A stretch of 64,000 nucleotides of DNA from Alphaproteobacteria bacterium (GTDB taxonomy: Bacteria; Pseudomonadota; Alphaproteobacteria; GCA-2731375), in NCBI GenBank assembly GCA_965232515.1, contig CBDDPY010000002.1, positions 1,664,001-1,728,000 of the forward strand. Direction: 5' to 3'. The position numbers and the translations under genes are program-made. Shown here in pieces: positions 47,668 to 58,126 of this stretch. Within the stretch, counting starts at the first letter, position 1. Each line of letters begins with the position of its first letter. The notes below the pieces were generated by a model. The model had not been told where the DNA came from and did not search any database. It saw only the letters and a program-made list of their open reading frames with translations.

Positions 47668-48450
47668 TCAGTTCTTGGTTTCCGGACAGTCCGCCTCGTC
47701 GTCGCATTCGTCGACGTCGGCGTCGGCCTCCAGCTCGCTGCTCAGCCCCCAGGCCTGGTCGCGCTCGGCGAGCTGACGCTCCAGCTCTTCGACCCGCATG
47801 GACAGGCTCTGTACCTTGTCGAGCAGGGCGTCCGCGACGCGTTGCACCGGATCCGGCAAATCAGCGCGCGTGCCATAGGCGTCGAACCGGCGCTCGGCTC
47901 CCTCGTCCGCGGACGGCCGGGCCCGGACGATCTTGGCCGGAATGCCTACTACGGTCGCGCCTTCCGGGATCTCCTTCAGCACGACGGAATTCGCACCGAC
48001 GCGGGCGCCCTTGCCGACCTTGATCGGGCCGAGGATCTGCGCACCGGAACCGACGATCACCTCGTCGTCCAACGTCGGGTGCCGCTTCTGGTTAACCTGC
48101 GAGGCGCTGTCGATCGACGGCGCGATGCCGCCCAGCGTGACGTCATGGTAAAGGGTGACGTCGCGGCCGACTTCGGCAGTCTCGCCGATCACCACGCCGA
48201 GGCCGTGGTCGATGAAAAATCCCCGGCCGATCTTGGCGCCGGGATGGATCTCGATGCCGGTCAGGATACGCCCGATCAACGACCAGAACCGGCTCAACAG
48301 CTTGAACCGCTTGAGCCAGAGCCAGTGCGAGCTGCGATAAAAGACAACGGCGTGGAAACCCGGATAGGTCAGGATCACCTCGAGTTTGGAGCGGGCCGCC
48401 GGGTCGCGCTCCAAGCACGCCGCCAAGTCCGCCTTCAGAACGTCGAACAT
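47668..48450 (-). CDS. cysE: Serine O-acetyltransferase
   Basis: [28 protein letters not shown] and KRHP motifs. Alternative start at 48459. Confidence 0.95.
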   Translation of the reverse strand: MFDVLKADLAACLERDPAARSKLEVILTYPGFHAVVFYRSSHWLWLKRFKLLSRFWSLIGRILTGIEIHPGAKIGRGFFIDHGLGVVIGETAEVGRDVTLYHDVTLGGIAPSIDSASQVNQKRHPTLDDEVIVGSGAQILGPIKVGKGARVGANSVVLKEIPEGATVVGIPAKIVRARPSADEGAERRFDAYGTRADLPDPVQRVADALLDKVQSLSMRVEELERQLAERDQAWGLSSELEADADVDECDDEADCPETKN

Positions 48451-48577
48451 TGAACCCATTCCCCTCTTGCCACTTGACAAGCGTGATATTCTGTCCGTCT
48501 CCGGCAGGCGTTGACGTGACGTTGAAGGGCAACGCCATTGCCGCCGGACGGCATTTTCACATGTTAAGTTAGATAAG

Positions 48578-48602
48578 ATACCCGAGTAAATTGGTCAACT
48601 TT
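48578..48602 (-). promoter_or_regulatory. IscR type-1 binding site
   Basis: Minus-strand AAAGTTGACCAATTTACTCGGGTAT closely resembles the type-1 IscR operator and lies upstream of cysE-iscR. Confidence 0.75.
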
Positions 48603-48721
48603 GCGAGCCGGACGCCAGATGAGCAGCAGCATTGCGGTGGCTGCATGGCGAAACAAGGCTTTTCGACGGAAAACTCGGGCTGAAGAGGGCGCGACCGCAT
48701 GGGCACTGGAGCAACAAACGC

Positions 48722-49372
48722 ATGCCGGAAGTGATTTTCAACGGACCTTCGGGACGGCTCGAGGGCCGTTATCAACAGGGTGAGGATCCGACCTCGCCGA
48801 TCGCCTTGGTTCTGCACCCGCACCCGCAATACGGCGGGACGATGAACAACAAGGTGGTCTACAGCCTGTATCAGATATTTGCCGTTCGGAAATTCGCCGT
48901 GCTGCGCTTCAACTTCCGCGGTGTCGGCCGCAGCCAGGGGACTTATGACGGCGGCACCGGCGAGCTGTCGGACGCGGCCGCGGCGCTCGACTGGCTGCAG
49001 ACCATCGCGCCAAACGCGCGCGGCTGCTGGATCGCCGGCTTCTCGTTCGGCGCCTGGATCTCGATGCAGCTGCTGATGCGCCGCCCTGAAATCAGCGGAT
49101 TCATCTCGGTCTCGCCGCCGGCCAACATCTTCGATTTCTCGTTCCTGGCGCCCTGCCCCTCGTCGGGCCTGATGCTGCACGGCACCGAGGACGATCTGGT
49201 CCCGCCGGACGATGTCCGAAAACTGGCCGACAAGCTGTCGCAGCAACGCGGCATCACCGTCGACTACCAAACGATTTCCGGCGCCAGCCATTTCTACGAC
49301 AACAAGCTGGACGAGATGACCGAGGCCGTCGGCGCCTATCTCGACGCGGCGATGGAGAAAGCCGCGGCCTAA
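48722..49372 (+). CDS. Alpha/beta hydrolase conserved divergently from isc/cysE
   Basis: MPEVIFNGPSGRLEGRY, HPHPQYGGTMNN, FNFRGVGRS and GFSFG motifs. Confidence 0.92.
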   Translation: MPEVIFNGPSGRLEGRYQQGEDPTSPIALVLHPHPQYGGTMNNKVVYSLYQIFAVRKFAVLRFNFRGVGRSQGTYDGGTGELSDAAAALDWLQTIAPNARGCWIAGFSFGAWISMQLLMRRPEISGFISVSPPANIFDFSFLAPCPSSGLMLHGTEDDLVPPDDVRKLADKLSQQRGITVDYQTISGASHFYDNKLDEMTEAVGAYLDAAMEKAAA

Positions 49373-50442
49373 GCCGCCGGGCAGTGCAAGCGGCCGCCGG
49401 TGACGGCGGCGGCGACGCCGGTCGTTGACGGCAGGCTGAGCGGCAGGCCGCGCAGGGACCGTACCGCGAGAAACGCAAACGCCTCAGCCTCGATGGCATC
49501 GCCGCGCCAGCCCACGGTCTCAACCGGCTCGACACTGCCCAGAAGACGTCGTAACGCGGCCATCAGGGTCGGATTGTGCCGCCCTCCACCCGTGACCAGC
49601 CAACGGCGCGGCGGTTCGGGCAAATGCGCCATGGCGTCGGCGACGGTCCGGGCGGTGAACTCGGTCAAGGTCGCGGCGCCATCCGCGGCCGATAGCCCGC
49701 GCGCCGGCATGATCGAGAAATCGTCCCGATCCAGCGACTTGGGCGGCGGCGCCGCGAAATAGGGATGGTCGAGCATGGCCGTCAGCACGTCCTCATGCAG
49801 CGCACCCCCTGCCGCGAGCCGGCCGTCGATATCCATGGTCTGGTCGCTATGCTCGGCGACCCAGTCGTCCACCAGCGCGTTGCCGGGACCGGTGTCGAAG
49901 GCGATCAGCTGGCCGTCCGCGCCGATCCAGGTGAGGTTGGCGACACCGCCGACATTCAGCACGGCGACCGGCCGTTCGACCGCCGCCGCGCGGGCGGCGT
50001 GATAGAGCGGCGCGAAGGGCGCCCCCTGCCCGCCGGCGGCAACGTCGGCACTGCGGAAATCGTCCACGACACGGATGCCGGTCAACTCGGCAAGCAGCGC
50101 TCCATCGCCGATCTGCCAGGTCCGACCGGCATCGGGGCGGTGCAGAACCGTGTGTCCGTGAAATCCAATAACATCAATGTTTTCAGCGTTTAATCCGGAT
50201 TTCTTCAACAATTCTTCAATCGCGCCAGCGTGGGCGCGCGTGATCGCCTCCGCAACGCCCTCGATATCGCCGACACCGCCCAGGACGCCGCGCAACCGGC
50301 CGCGCAATGCCGGCCCATAGGGCACGCTGGCGAAGGTGCCGACCTCGGCGACCGTCTCGCCGTCGGTGCGCAGCCAAGCGGCGTCGATGCCATCCATCGA
50401 CGTGCCGCTCATCAGACCGATCGCCGTCCGTACCTCGCTCAT
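49369..50442 (-). CDS. anmK: Anhydro-N-acetylmuramic acid kinase
   Basis: IGLMSGTSMDGID, GGQGAP, FDTGPGN, PKSLDR and EAEAFAFLA motifs. Confidence 0.95.
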   Translation of the reverse strand: MSEVRTAIGLMSGTSMDGIDAAWLRTDGETVAEVGTFASVPYGPALRGRLRGVLGGVGDIEGVAEAITRAHAGAIEELLKKSGLNAENIDVIGFHGHTVLHRPDAGRTWQIGDGALLAELTGIRVVDDFRSADVAAGGQGAPFAPLYHAARAAAVERPVAVLNVGGVANLTWIGADGQLIAFDTGPGNALVDDWVAEHSDQTMDIDGRLAAGGALHEDVLTAMLDHPYFAAPPPKSLDRDDFSIMPARGLSAADGAATLTEFTARTVADAMAHLPEPPRRWLVTGGGRHNPTLMAALRRLLGSVEPVETVGWRGDAIEAEAFAFLAVRSLRGLPLSLPSTTGVAAAVTGGRLHCPAA

Positions 50443-50539
50443 GCGCTTACCGCCTTGGCGACGTTGTCCGCCGCCCCCTTCTCGTGCTAGATGACGCCGC
50501 CGCACCGGCGACCCTCACAACAGACGTAGCAGCAGTGCC

Positions 50540-51793
50540 ATGACGGCCGTTAAATCCGAGTTTCTGCGCATCATTCAGACGCGCGAGCACTTCCACCAGG
50601 CGACCGATCTGGACGCCCTCGACGCGCGCGCCGCCGACGGCCGGATCGTCGGCTATATCGGATTCGACGCCACGGCGCCCAGCCTTCATATCGGCAACCT
50701 GCTGCAGGTGCTGAAGCTGCGTATCCTGCAGCAGACCGGGCACAAGCCGATCGCGCTGATCGGCGGCGGCACCACCAAGGTCGGCGATCCGTCCGGCAAG
50801 GACGACATGCGCAAGCTGATCAGCGAGCAGGACATCGCCCACAACGTGGCACGAATTCGCGACGTCTTGAAGCGCTTCCTGACCTTCGGCGACGGGCCGA
50901 CGGACGCCATGCTGGTGGACAATGCCGAATGGCTCGACCGGCTGGAATACATCCCCTTTCTGCGCGACTACGGCCGGCATTTTTCGGTCAATCGCATGCT
51001 CAGCTTCGACTCGGTGAAGCTGCGCCTCGACCGCGAACACCCGCTCAGCTTCCTGGAGTTCAACTACATGATCCTCCAGGCCTACGATTTTCTGGAGCTG
51101 AGCCGGCGCTACGACTGCGTGCTGCAGATGGGCGGATCGGACCAGTGGGGCAACATCGTCAACGGGGTCGAGCTCGGCCGCCGGGTCGACAACCGCACGC
51201 TGTTCGGCCTGACCTCGCCGCTGCTGACGACCTCGTCCGGCGCCAAGATGGGCAAAACGGCGCAGGGCGCGGTCTGGCTCAGCGCCGACATGCTGTCGCC
51301 CTACGATTACTGGCAATACTGGCGCAATACCGAGGACGCCGATGTCGGCAAGTTCATGCGGCTGTTCACGGACCTGCCGTTGGACGAAATCGCCCGCATC
51401 GAAGCGCTGGAGGGCGCCGAGATCAACGAGGCGAAAAAGCTGCTGGCGACCGAAGCCACGCGCATGGCGCACGGCGACGAGGCCGCCTCGGCCGCGGCCG
51501 AGACCGCGCGCCGCACCTTCGAGGAGGGCGCCAGCGGCGCGGCACTGCCGACCATCGAGGTGCCGGAAGCCGATCTCGCCGCCGGGGTGCCCTTGTTCGC
51601 GCTGCTGACACGGGTCGGTCTGACCCCGTCGAACAGCGAGGCGCGGCGGCTGATCAAGGGCCAGGGCGCGCGCCTGAACGACAACGTCGTCGCGGATGAG
51701 AAATACAATGTCTCGCTGGAGGACCTGAACTCGGAAGGCATGCTGAAGCTGAGCGCGGGCAAGAAACGCCATGCCCTGGTGCGTCCGGCTTAG
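50540..51793 (+). CDS. tyrS: Tyrosine-tRNA ligase
   Basis: [22 protein letters not shown] and KMGKT motifs, with a C-terminal S4 domain. Confidence 0.97.
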   Translation: MTAVKSEFLRIIQTREHFHQATDLDALDARAADGRIVGYIGFDATAPSLHIGNLLQVLKLRILQQTGHKPIALIGGGTTKVGDPSGKDDMRKLISEQDIAHNVARIRDVLKRFLTFGDGPTDAMLVDNAEWLDRLEYIPFLRDYGRHFSVNRMLSFDSVKLRLDREHPLSFLEFNYMILQAYDFLELSRRYDCVLQMGGSDQWGNIVNGVELGRRVDNRTLFGLTSPLLTTSSGAKMGKTAQGAVWLSADMLSPYDYWQYWRNTEDADVGKFMRLFTDLPLDEIARIEALEGAEINEAKKLLATEATRMAHGDEAASAAAETARRTFEEGASGAALPTIEVPEADLAAGVPLFALLTRVGLTPSNSEARRLIKGQGARLNDNVVADEKYNVSLEDLNSEGMLKLSAGKKRHALVRPA

Positions 51794-51817
51794 TGTCGAG
51801 ACCGCAAGAACTCGGCA

Positions 51818-54800
51818 CTAATTATGCTGCGCTTCTTCGGGAAGGACCGGTGAGCGGTCGTCGCCGGGGGCCGGGTCCTGAAGCACCTCCAGAATTCGCC
51901 TGAGGATGCCCGGTGCGAGCGCCGAGAGCGGGTTGACCGAGACCTCTGGCTCGTTCAGATCGCCCTCGACCTTGTAGGTGGCGGCGAACACGCCCTCGCC
52001 CTCGCGGCCGACGAACAGATCGCCCAACAGCGGCACCCGGCCCAGCACCGAATTGATGGTGTAGGACGGCACGACGGTGCCTCGCAGATTGACGTCGTCC
52101 TCCGGCCGGTCGATCTCGCCTGACAGCGTCAGGCCCAGAGCGGGTCCGACGGCCCGCGAGTCGCCGATCGTCAGCTTCTCCGGCGTCAGCTCGAACGGCG
52201 CGTCGAGGCGCGTGAACTGGATGCCCTCGCCTGTCACCAGATCGCGGATGCCGGTCCACGATCCCAACGTCAGGATCCGGGTCAGGATCGGCGCGTTGAC
52301 GATGCGGAAATTCGCCGCCTGCAACCGGCCGACGGTCGGCAGTTCCTTGTTCTCGGGAATGGTCATGGTCAGACGGATCTCGCCGCCGACCGCGCCATCG
52401 AAAATCCCGGCTTCGCGGACGACGCCGCCGGCATCCGACGAGGTCACCGAGAGCTCGCGAAAGCCATTGCGCGGAATCAGCAGCCAGCGGACCGCCGGCC
52501 CGTCGTTCAGGCGCCCCGTGGCGACCAATGACTGCCATTCGCCATCCTGGCGCACCGCATCAGCGGCCGCGTCGGCAATGCTCAGCTTGTCGGAGATGAT
52601 CAGGGTGGCGAAACGCCCACGCAGCTGCAGGGAGTCGTTCTCCATCAGCTCGCCGGCGCCCTCCTCCAGCGACTCGATATAGGGCCGCAGATCGAGGCGC
52701 GCACCGCCGGCGGCGACATCGATCAGGCCGTCCTCGCGCACGTTCACCTCGGCGCTGAGGTCGCTGCCGTTGGCCCGAATGCGGTCGAGGCGCACCTGTT
52801 GCAGCACGAAGTCGGGACCGAAGCGAACAGCGCCTGCGGCCTCGAATTCCTGCGCCGCCATTGCGAACCGCTCGATGTTGAAGGCGCCGTCCGGCTCGGA
52901 CGCAAAGGCAAAGGTCAACTGCGCCGGCATCCCGGCCGGCTTGCGCCACTTGAGTTCGGTCAACGTGACCTCTGCTCCGACGAGATCGGCGGTGCCGGTG
53001 GCGCGGAACCGGTCGTTCGGCTCCTCGGACAGTTGCAGCGAAACCTCGACGGGGCCGACGACATAGCTATCGGTCGCCAAGCCGAGCGCCGCGCGCTGCG
53101 CCGTATCGAGCGTCGCCGCCAATCCATAACGATCGACGGAGGTGTCGTCGGCCTGGTCGAAATCGCGCCGCCAGGTCAGCGATATCGGCACGCCGTTCAG
53201 CGCCAGGGTTCCGGCGGCGTCGAGACCGGTCCGGTCGACTTTCAGAGCCAGGTCGCCGGCGCTGACGGCGAAGCGTCCGAATATTTCCGGCAGACCGAAA
53301 TCCGTCAGGCGCGCATCCGCCGAGAACTGCACGTCGGCAAGCTCCAGATCCTTCGACAACGGGAACCGGAACCGCACGCCGGTCGCCGTGCCGCCCGCGA
53401 CGCTATTCGGCTCGATGCCGAGCGCGCTCGAAAATCCCAAGGGCTCTCGGTCCAGCAGGGTAAGCGCGGCCACGGCCGGTCCGCTGGCGACGAATTCGAT
53501 GTCCGCCGGCGGTGTTTTTATTCCGAGTTCGGTAATGCCCAGACGCCCCCGCGTCAGCACCAGCTCGCCCACCCTGCCCTCGGTAAGCGTCAGATCGAAA
53601 TCCGTCATCGTGAGGCGCGCGCTGCCGATGGCATCGGTCATGGTCGGCAGGCGGCTCCAATAAGTCGCGGACACGCCGGTGAAATCGAAATCGAGGACGA
53701 CCATCTCCGGCCGCTTGGCGTCGGCGTCCAGCTCGCCGGGCCTGATGTCGATCTCGACATGGCCCCGGTTGACGACGCCGTCGGCGATATTTCCGGTTAC
53801 CCAGTCTCGCGCGTTTTCCTCGAAGCCGGGCGGCCAGTAGGTGGCGAGGTGATCGAGCTTCAAGCCGGCGAAATCGCCGCTCGCCCGCAAACCGAGGCCG
53901 GCGTCGCTGCGGCTCATTGCGCCGGTCAACCGCGCCGTGAAGCCATCGCCGAAGTCGATCTGCAGATCGTCCAGGTTCGCCGTCGACAATCCGTCCGCCG
54001 CCTGACCGACCGCGCGCAGCGACGCGAAGCGCAGTTCGGGCAGGCCGACGTCCGGCAAGCGCAGCACGCCTGTCGCGGCGGTCAGATCGAAGCCGAGACG
54101 GTCGATCGCGAAATCGGCGGTCAGTTCCACGGCCAGGGTGCCGGACACCGGCGCGTCGACGTCCTGCAGCGGCTCAAGCTCCGGCAACGGCAGCGCGGCG
54201 GCAAGCGCCGACGGCCGCATCTCGGATACCCGGACATTCAGCTCCGGCCGACTGCCATCGGCCGGATAGAGCGCGCCGATGCCCAGGAACGCCTGCTGGC
54301 CATCGAGGTCCAGCTGCCCGGCGAATTCGATCAACACGCCGTCGGCGCTCCGGCTTGCCGTCAGGTTCGAGCCGGACGACCGTAGGCTGGCGCCGCTTTG
54401 CCGATCCTCGATGCTCAAGTCGGCGTCGCGCACGCTGACCCGCTCAAGGCTGGCGCCGAATGCCGTGCTGTCGCCGCGAATGGCGCGGCCAAACGGGTCA
54501 TCGTCGCCATAGCGCGATGCATCGGCCGCGCTGAACCCCAGGTTGACGCGGCCGTCAGCCTCGCGCACCAGCACCATCTGCGGCGCGATCAACTCGAGGC
54601 TGGTCGGCACCAGATCGGCGTAGAGCAGCGCCTCGCCCTGCAATCCGACCGACATTTGCGGCACTTCCGCCAGCAGGTTGTTGTCCGGATCGAACACCCG
54701 CACGCCGACCACGCGAACGTCCAGCGTGTTGTCCCAGCCTTCCCAGGTGAGTTGTGTCGAGTCGACGCGGATGCTGAACGGGGCGACCGCCGCGTTCAGC

Positions 54801-54967
54801 TCATCCTGCAGATAGGGCGTCAGATAGCCCAGCGAAATCGGCCCCCGCGCCAGCAACAGCGCGAGCAGGCCAAACAGCACGATCAGGCCGGTCAGAACCG
54901 CGGTCGCACAATGCGCGACAAAACTGCTGGCGTGCTTGATCAATGTACTTTGCCGTCTGTTCGCCAT
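51818..54967 (-). CDS. AsmA-like / YhdP (DUF3971) family protein
   Basis: N-terminal TM followed by GPISL, a beta-rich body, and a C-terminal GTVVP.Y.INS.LG.VP...VNPLSALAPG motif. Start uncertain. Confidence 0.88.
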   Translation of the reverse strand: MANRRQSTLIKHASSFVAHCATAVLTGLIVLFGLLALLLARGPISLGYLTPYLQDELNAAVAPFSIRVDSTQLTWEGWDNTLDVRVVGVRVFDPDNNLLAEVPQMSVGLQGEALLYADLVPTSLELIAPQMVLVREADGRVNLGFSAADASRYGDDDPFGRAIRGDSTAFGASLERVSVRDADLSIEDRQSGASLRSSGSNLTASRSADGVLIEFAGQLDLDGQQAFLGIGALYPADGSRPELNVRVSEMRPSALAAALPLPELEPLQDVDAPVSGTLAVELTADFAIDRLGFDLTAATGVLRLPDVGLPELRFASLRAVGQAADGLSTANLDDLQIDFGDGFTARLTGAMSRSDAGLGLRASGDFAGLKLDHLATYWPPGFEENARDWVTGNIADGVVNRGHVEIDIRPGELDADAKRPEMVVLDFDFTGVSATYWSRLPTMTDAIGSARLTMTDFDLTLTEGRVGELVLTRGRLGITELGIKTPPADIEFVASGPAVAALTLLDREPLGFSSALGIEPNSVAGGTATGVRFRFPLSKDLELADVQFSADARLTDFGLPEIFGRFAVSAGDLALKVDRTGLDAAGTLALNGVPISLTWRRDFDQADDTSVDRYGLAATLDTAQRAALGLATDSYVVGPVEVSLQLSEEPNDRFRATGTADLVGAEVTLTELKWRKPAGMPAQLTFAFASEPDGAFNIERFAMAAQEFEAAGAVRFGPDFVLQQVRLDRIRANGSDLSAEVNVREDGLIDVAAGGARLDLRPYIESLEEGAGELMENDSLQLRGRFATLIISDKLSIADAAADAVRQDGEWQSLVATGRLNDGPAVRWLLIPRNGFRELSVTSSDAGGVVREAGIFDGAVGGEIRLTMTIPENKELPTVGRLQAANFRIVNAPILTRILTLGSWTGIRDLVTGEGIQFTRLDAPFELTPEKLTIGDSRAVGPALGLTLSGEIDRPEDDVNLRGTVVPSYTINSVLGRVPLLGDLFVGREGEGVFAATYKVEGDLNEPEVSVNPLSALAPGILRRILEVLQDPAPGDDRSPVLPEEAQHN

Positions 54968-55180
54968 CGAGGCGCAAAACCGCGCGGTGGCATGGGGCGG
55001 TCGCGTCTTTTGATGTCGTTTGCCGGCCGCTGCAATTCAATTAACGGCGACCACGTCGCGGCCGGATCTTCGCAACGGCGCGCTCTCCTGCTAAATCGGA
55101 CTGGATCTCGACCCGCGCAAGACCAGTTATTGCAGGGGATGTATTCCCGCGAATTTCGAACCGGACAGAGGAGTGTCAAC

Positions 55181-55651
55181 ATGAGCCAGGGACCAGCCAT
55201 CGGTGACAAGGCGCCCGATTTCAGCATGCCGACAGACGGCGGCGGCAACGTTTCGCTGAGCGAGCTTAAAGGCAAACCGGTCGTCCTCTATTTCTATCCG
55301 AAGGACGATACGCCCGGCTGCACGAAAGAGGCCATCGCCTTCTCGGAACAGCTGAAGGACTTCAACAAGGCCGGCGCCGTCATTATCGGCACGTCGGCGG
55401 ACACCGTCGCCAAGCATGACAAGTTCAAGGCCAAGCACGGCCTCAACATTTTGCTCGCCTCCGACGAAGACACGAAGGTCTGCGAGGCATATGGCGTCTG
55501 GGTCGAAAAGAACATGTACGGCAAGAAGTATATGGGTATCGAGCGGGCGACCTATCTGATCGATCCGGACGGAAAAGTCGCGCAGGTCTGGCGCAAGGTG
55601 AAGGTGCCCGGCCACAGCGATGCCGTGCTGGAGGCGGTTCAGGCCCTATAG
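55181..55651 (+). CDS. bcp: Peroxiredoxin Q / bacterioferritin comigratory protein
   Basis: VLYFYPKDDTPGCTKEA and YGKKYMGIER motifs. GAGGAG RBS upstream. Confidence 0.95.
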   Translation: MSQGPAIGDKAPDFSMPTDGGGNVSLSELKGKPVVLYFYPKDDTPGCTKEAIAFSEQLKDFNKAGAVIIGTSADTVAKHDKFKAKHGLNILLASDEDTKVCEAYGVWVEKNMYGKKYMGIERATYLIDPDGKVAQVWRKVKVPGHSDAVLEAVQAL

Positions 55652-55666
55652 CGCCAAAGCCGCGGC

Positions 55667-56464
55667 ATGCCAACCCTCACCGATCTGGCGGTCGGCGTTC
55701 TGACCACGGCCGACGCGGCGGCGAAAGCCGCCGCAAGCCGTGCCGCAGCGGCCGCCTGGCGCTCGGGCACAGTCAGCGGTATCGGCGACCGGCGGCCGCC
55801 GGCCCGGCCGGCGCGGCCGGCGCGACCGGAACTGCGCCGGCCCGCCGAAATGCCGAAGCGCTCGACCGGCGCGCTGCCGGGACGGATCGCGCTGCTGCAC
55901 GCCGTCGCCCATATCGAGCTCAACGCCATCGACCTTGCCTGGGATCTGCTGGCGCGGTTCGCCGACGACGATATGCCGCGGGCCTTCGTCGACGACTGGG
56001 TCGCGGTCGGCGACGATGAAGCCCGGCATTTTCGCCTGCTCGCCGACCGGCTGTCGGACCTAGGGGCGGCTTACGGCGACTTGCCCGCCCATGACGGACT
56101 CTGGCAGTCGGCGACGGCCACGGCCGACGACCTTGCCGCCCGGCTTGCGGTCGTGCCGATGGTACTGGAGGCCCGGGGCCTTGACGTCACGCCCGCCATG
56201 ATTGAGCGGCTGACCAATGCGGGCGACCAAGACAGCGCCGATATCCTGAAAATCATCTACCGAGAGGAAGTTGGCCATGTGGCGGCTGGCCAGCGGTGGT
56301 TCGAATGGCTTTGCCAACGACGAAACCTCGAGCCCGAAACAACCTGGAAACGATTGGTTAACCAATACTTTGCTAACAATCTTAAACCACCTTTTAACCA
56401 TGCCGCCCGCAGCAAAGCTGGCATGTCGCGCAATTATTACGAGAATTTGGGACAAATAGAGTGA
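55667..56464 (+). CDS. Ferritin-like DUF455 protein
   Basis: HAVAHIELNAIDLA, DEARHF, EARGLDVTP and EEVGHV motifs. Confidence 0.92.
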   Translation: MPTLTDLAVGVLTTADAAAKAAASRAAAAAWRSGTVSGIGDRRPPARPARPARPELRRPAEMPKRSTGALPGRIALLHAVAHIELNAIDLAWDLLARFADDDMPRAFVDDWVAVGDDEARHFRLLADRLSDLGAAYGDLPAHDGLWQSATATADDLAARLAVVPMVLEARGLDVTPAMIERLTNAGDQDSADILKIIYREEVGHVAAGQRWFEWLCQRRNLEPETTWKRLVNQYFANNLKPPFNHAARSKAGMSRNYYENLGQIE

Positions 56465-56581
56465 CACACAATTGCCACCGCCGGTTCAGGATTCTTTTAT
56501 TGCAATCACCGTATGAGTCCGTTGCAATAATCGCCGGCCGTCAGTGAATACTGACATTCATTACCAATTGGGGGGCCATCA

Positions 56582-58126
56582 GTGGCTGATCTGCGTGTCG
56601 TTACGTCACGAGTAGGCCCCACCGTCACTCGCCTGAAGCGTGTGTTCCGCCATTGGGCCGATCGGCTGTTTCCGGACCGGCAGATCTTCCTGCGCACGCA
56701 TGGCGAGGTCCGCTTTATCGAGATGTCGCAACGCCGGCAGATCGCACTGGCCGGCGTCGTTGCCTCTGCCCTCGTCTGGCTGCTCGTATCCTCCGTTCTT
56801 GTTCTTTGGAACGGCGCTATCATCGCCGACCAAAATCAGCGGCTGGAGGCAATGGCGACGGCCTACGATCAGCTCTCGGCCAATATGCGCGACAATCAGG
56901 CGCAGCTGTTCGCCACGACGGAAATGCTTGAAGGCAAACATCAGGATCTGCGCAGCCTGATGTCGCAAAGACTGGCGCTGAAGAATGCACTGTCCGATAT
57001 CTCGAAAGCGTTGGAAGAAACGTCGCAAGAACGTGACAACGCGCTGGGCGAACAAGCGGATCTGCGCGCAGAGTTGAATAATCTGGAGCGCCGGCTCCGC
57101 AACGCCCTCGGCGAGCGCAGCGAGCTCGCCCGGTCTCTCACGGCAACCGAAAACTCGCTCTACATTTCGCTGCATGCGGTCGACGAGTCCTGGCATAGCG
57201 GGCTGGCGCTGGCGGCGCAGGTCAAACAGCTGCAACAGATGCTAACCGGCCTCGAGGACCGCAAGGCGGCGCTGGAACGGTCGCTTGCCAGCACAGAACT
57301 GATTGTCGACGTCATCGCCCGTGAGCGCGACGAAGCCCGCGACAACCACAACACCATGCAACGCCGCATCGCCGAGCTGGAAGGCCGGCTGGGCGACCTT
57401 CGGCGATCACAGATTGTCCTGATCGGGCGCATCGCCGAGCAGACCGATACGAACATCGACGGTCTGGAATCCGTCATTCGGACGACGGGACTGAATATCG
57501 ATCAGGTGCTGCACCGCATGACACTGGGCGAAGAAGGCATCGGCGGTCCGCTGATCGAACCGCCCGACCTGATGCGCAGCGGCGACGAATTCGATGGACT
57601 GGCGGTCGCGCCAACGCCGCGCCGAGAGCGCGGCTTCGCCGGCCGGTTGGCGCGCCTCGAAGGCCGGCTCGAGCGGTGGTCGACATTGAACCAGGTGCTG
57701 GGCCAGTTGCCGTTGACGACGCCGGTCGATCATTTCCATGTCTCCAGCCGCTTCGGCAAACGCCGCGATCCGTTCACCAAGCGTTGGGCGGTGCATGAAG
57801 GTATCGATCTCTCCGGGCCGCCGCGGGCGCCGGTCTACAGCACGGCGCCCGGCGAAGTGACCTTCGTCGGCTGGAAAGGTTCGTTCGGACGCCTGGTCGA
57901 AATCACACACGGCAACGGCGTCACCACACGATACGGGCATCTCAGAAAGATTCTTGTTAAAAAGGGGCAGCAGGTAGCGTTTCGGGAAAAGATCGGACTC
58001 ATGGGGACCTCGGGCCGCAGTACCGGCACCCACGTTCATTACGAAATACGTTACGATGGGGCGCCCCTCGATCCGGCGAAATTCATCAAGGCGGGAAGAT
58101 ATGTTTTCAAAGACGGAAAAGACTGA
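56582..58126 (+). CDS. M23 peptidoglycan endopeptidase with DUF5930-like N-terminus, TM and coiled coil (LmdC-like)
   Basis: FPDRQIFLR N-terminus, HEGID and TGTHVHYE Zn motifs. Confidence 0.9.
   Translation: MADLRVVTSRVGPTVTRLKRVFRHWADRLFPDRQIFLRTHGEVRFIEMSQRRQIALAGVVASALVWLLVSSVLVLWNGAIIADQNQRLEAMATAYDQLSANMRDNQAQLFATTEMLEGKHQDLRSLMSQRLALKNALSDISKALEETSQERDNALGEQADLRAELNNLERRLRNALGERSELARSLTATENSLYISLHAVDESWHSGLALAAQVKQLQQMLTGLEDRKAALERSLASTELIVDVIARERDEARDNHNTMQRRIAELEGRLGDLRRSQIVLIGRIAEQTDTNIDGLESVIRTTGLNIDQVLHRMTLGEEGIGGPLIEPPDLMRSGDEFDGLAVAPTPRRERGFAGRLARLEGRLERWSTLNQVLGQLPLTTPVDHFHVSSRFGKRRDPFTKRWAVHEGIDLSGPPRAPVYSTAPGEVTFVGWKGSFGRLVEITHGNGVTTRYGHLRKILVKKGQQVAFREKIGLMGTSGRSTGTHVHYEIRYDGAPLDPAKFIKAGRYVFKDGKD

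Noticed and set aside
54398-55180. N-terminal extension of bcp, and similar extensions on ORFs starting at 7954, 19453, 20730, 33217, 25590 and 47322
   Set aside because: The extensions overlap neighbouring genes. Internal starts with an RBS or stop/start overlap match family N-termini.
55181-55651. BCP lacking the CxxxxC resolving Cys
   Set aside because: PrxQ variants with an absent or relocated resolving Cys are well known, and another Cys (VCEAYG) is present.
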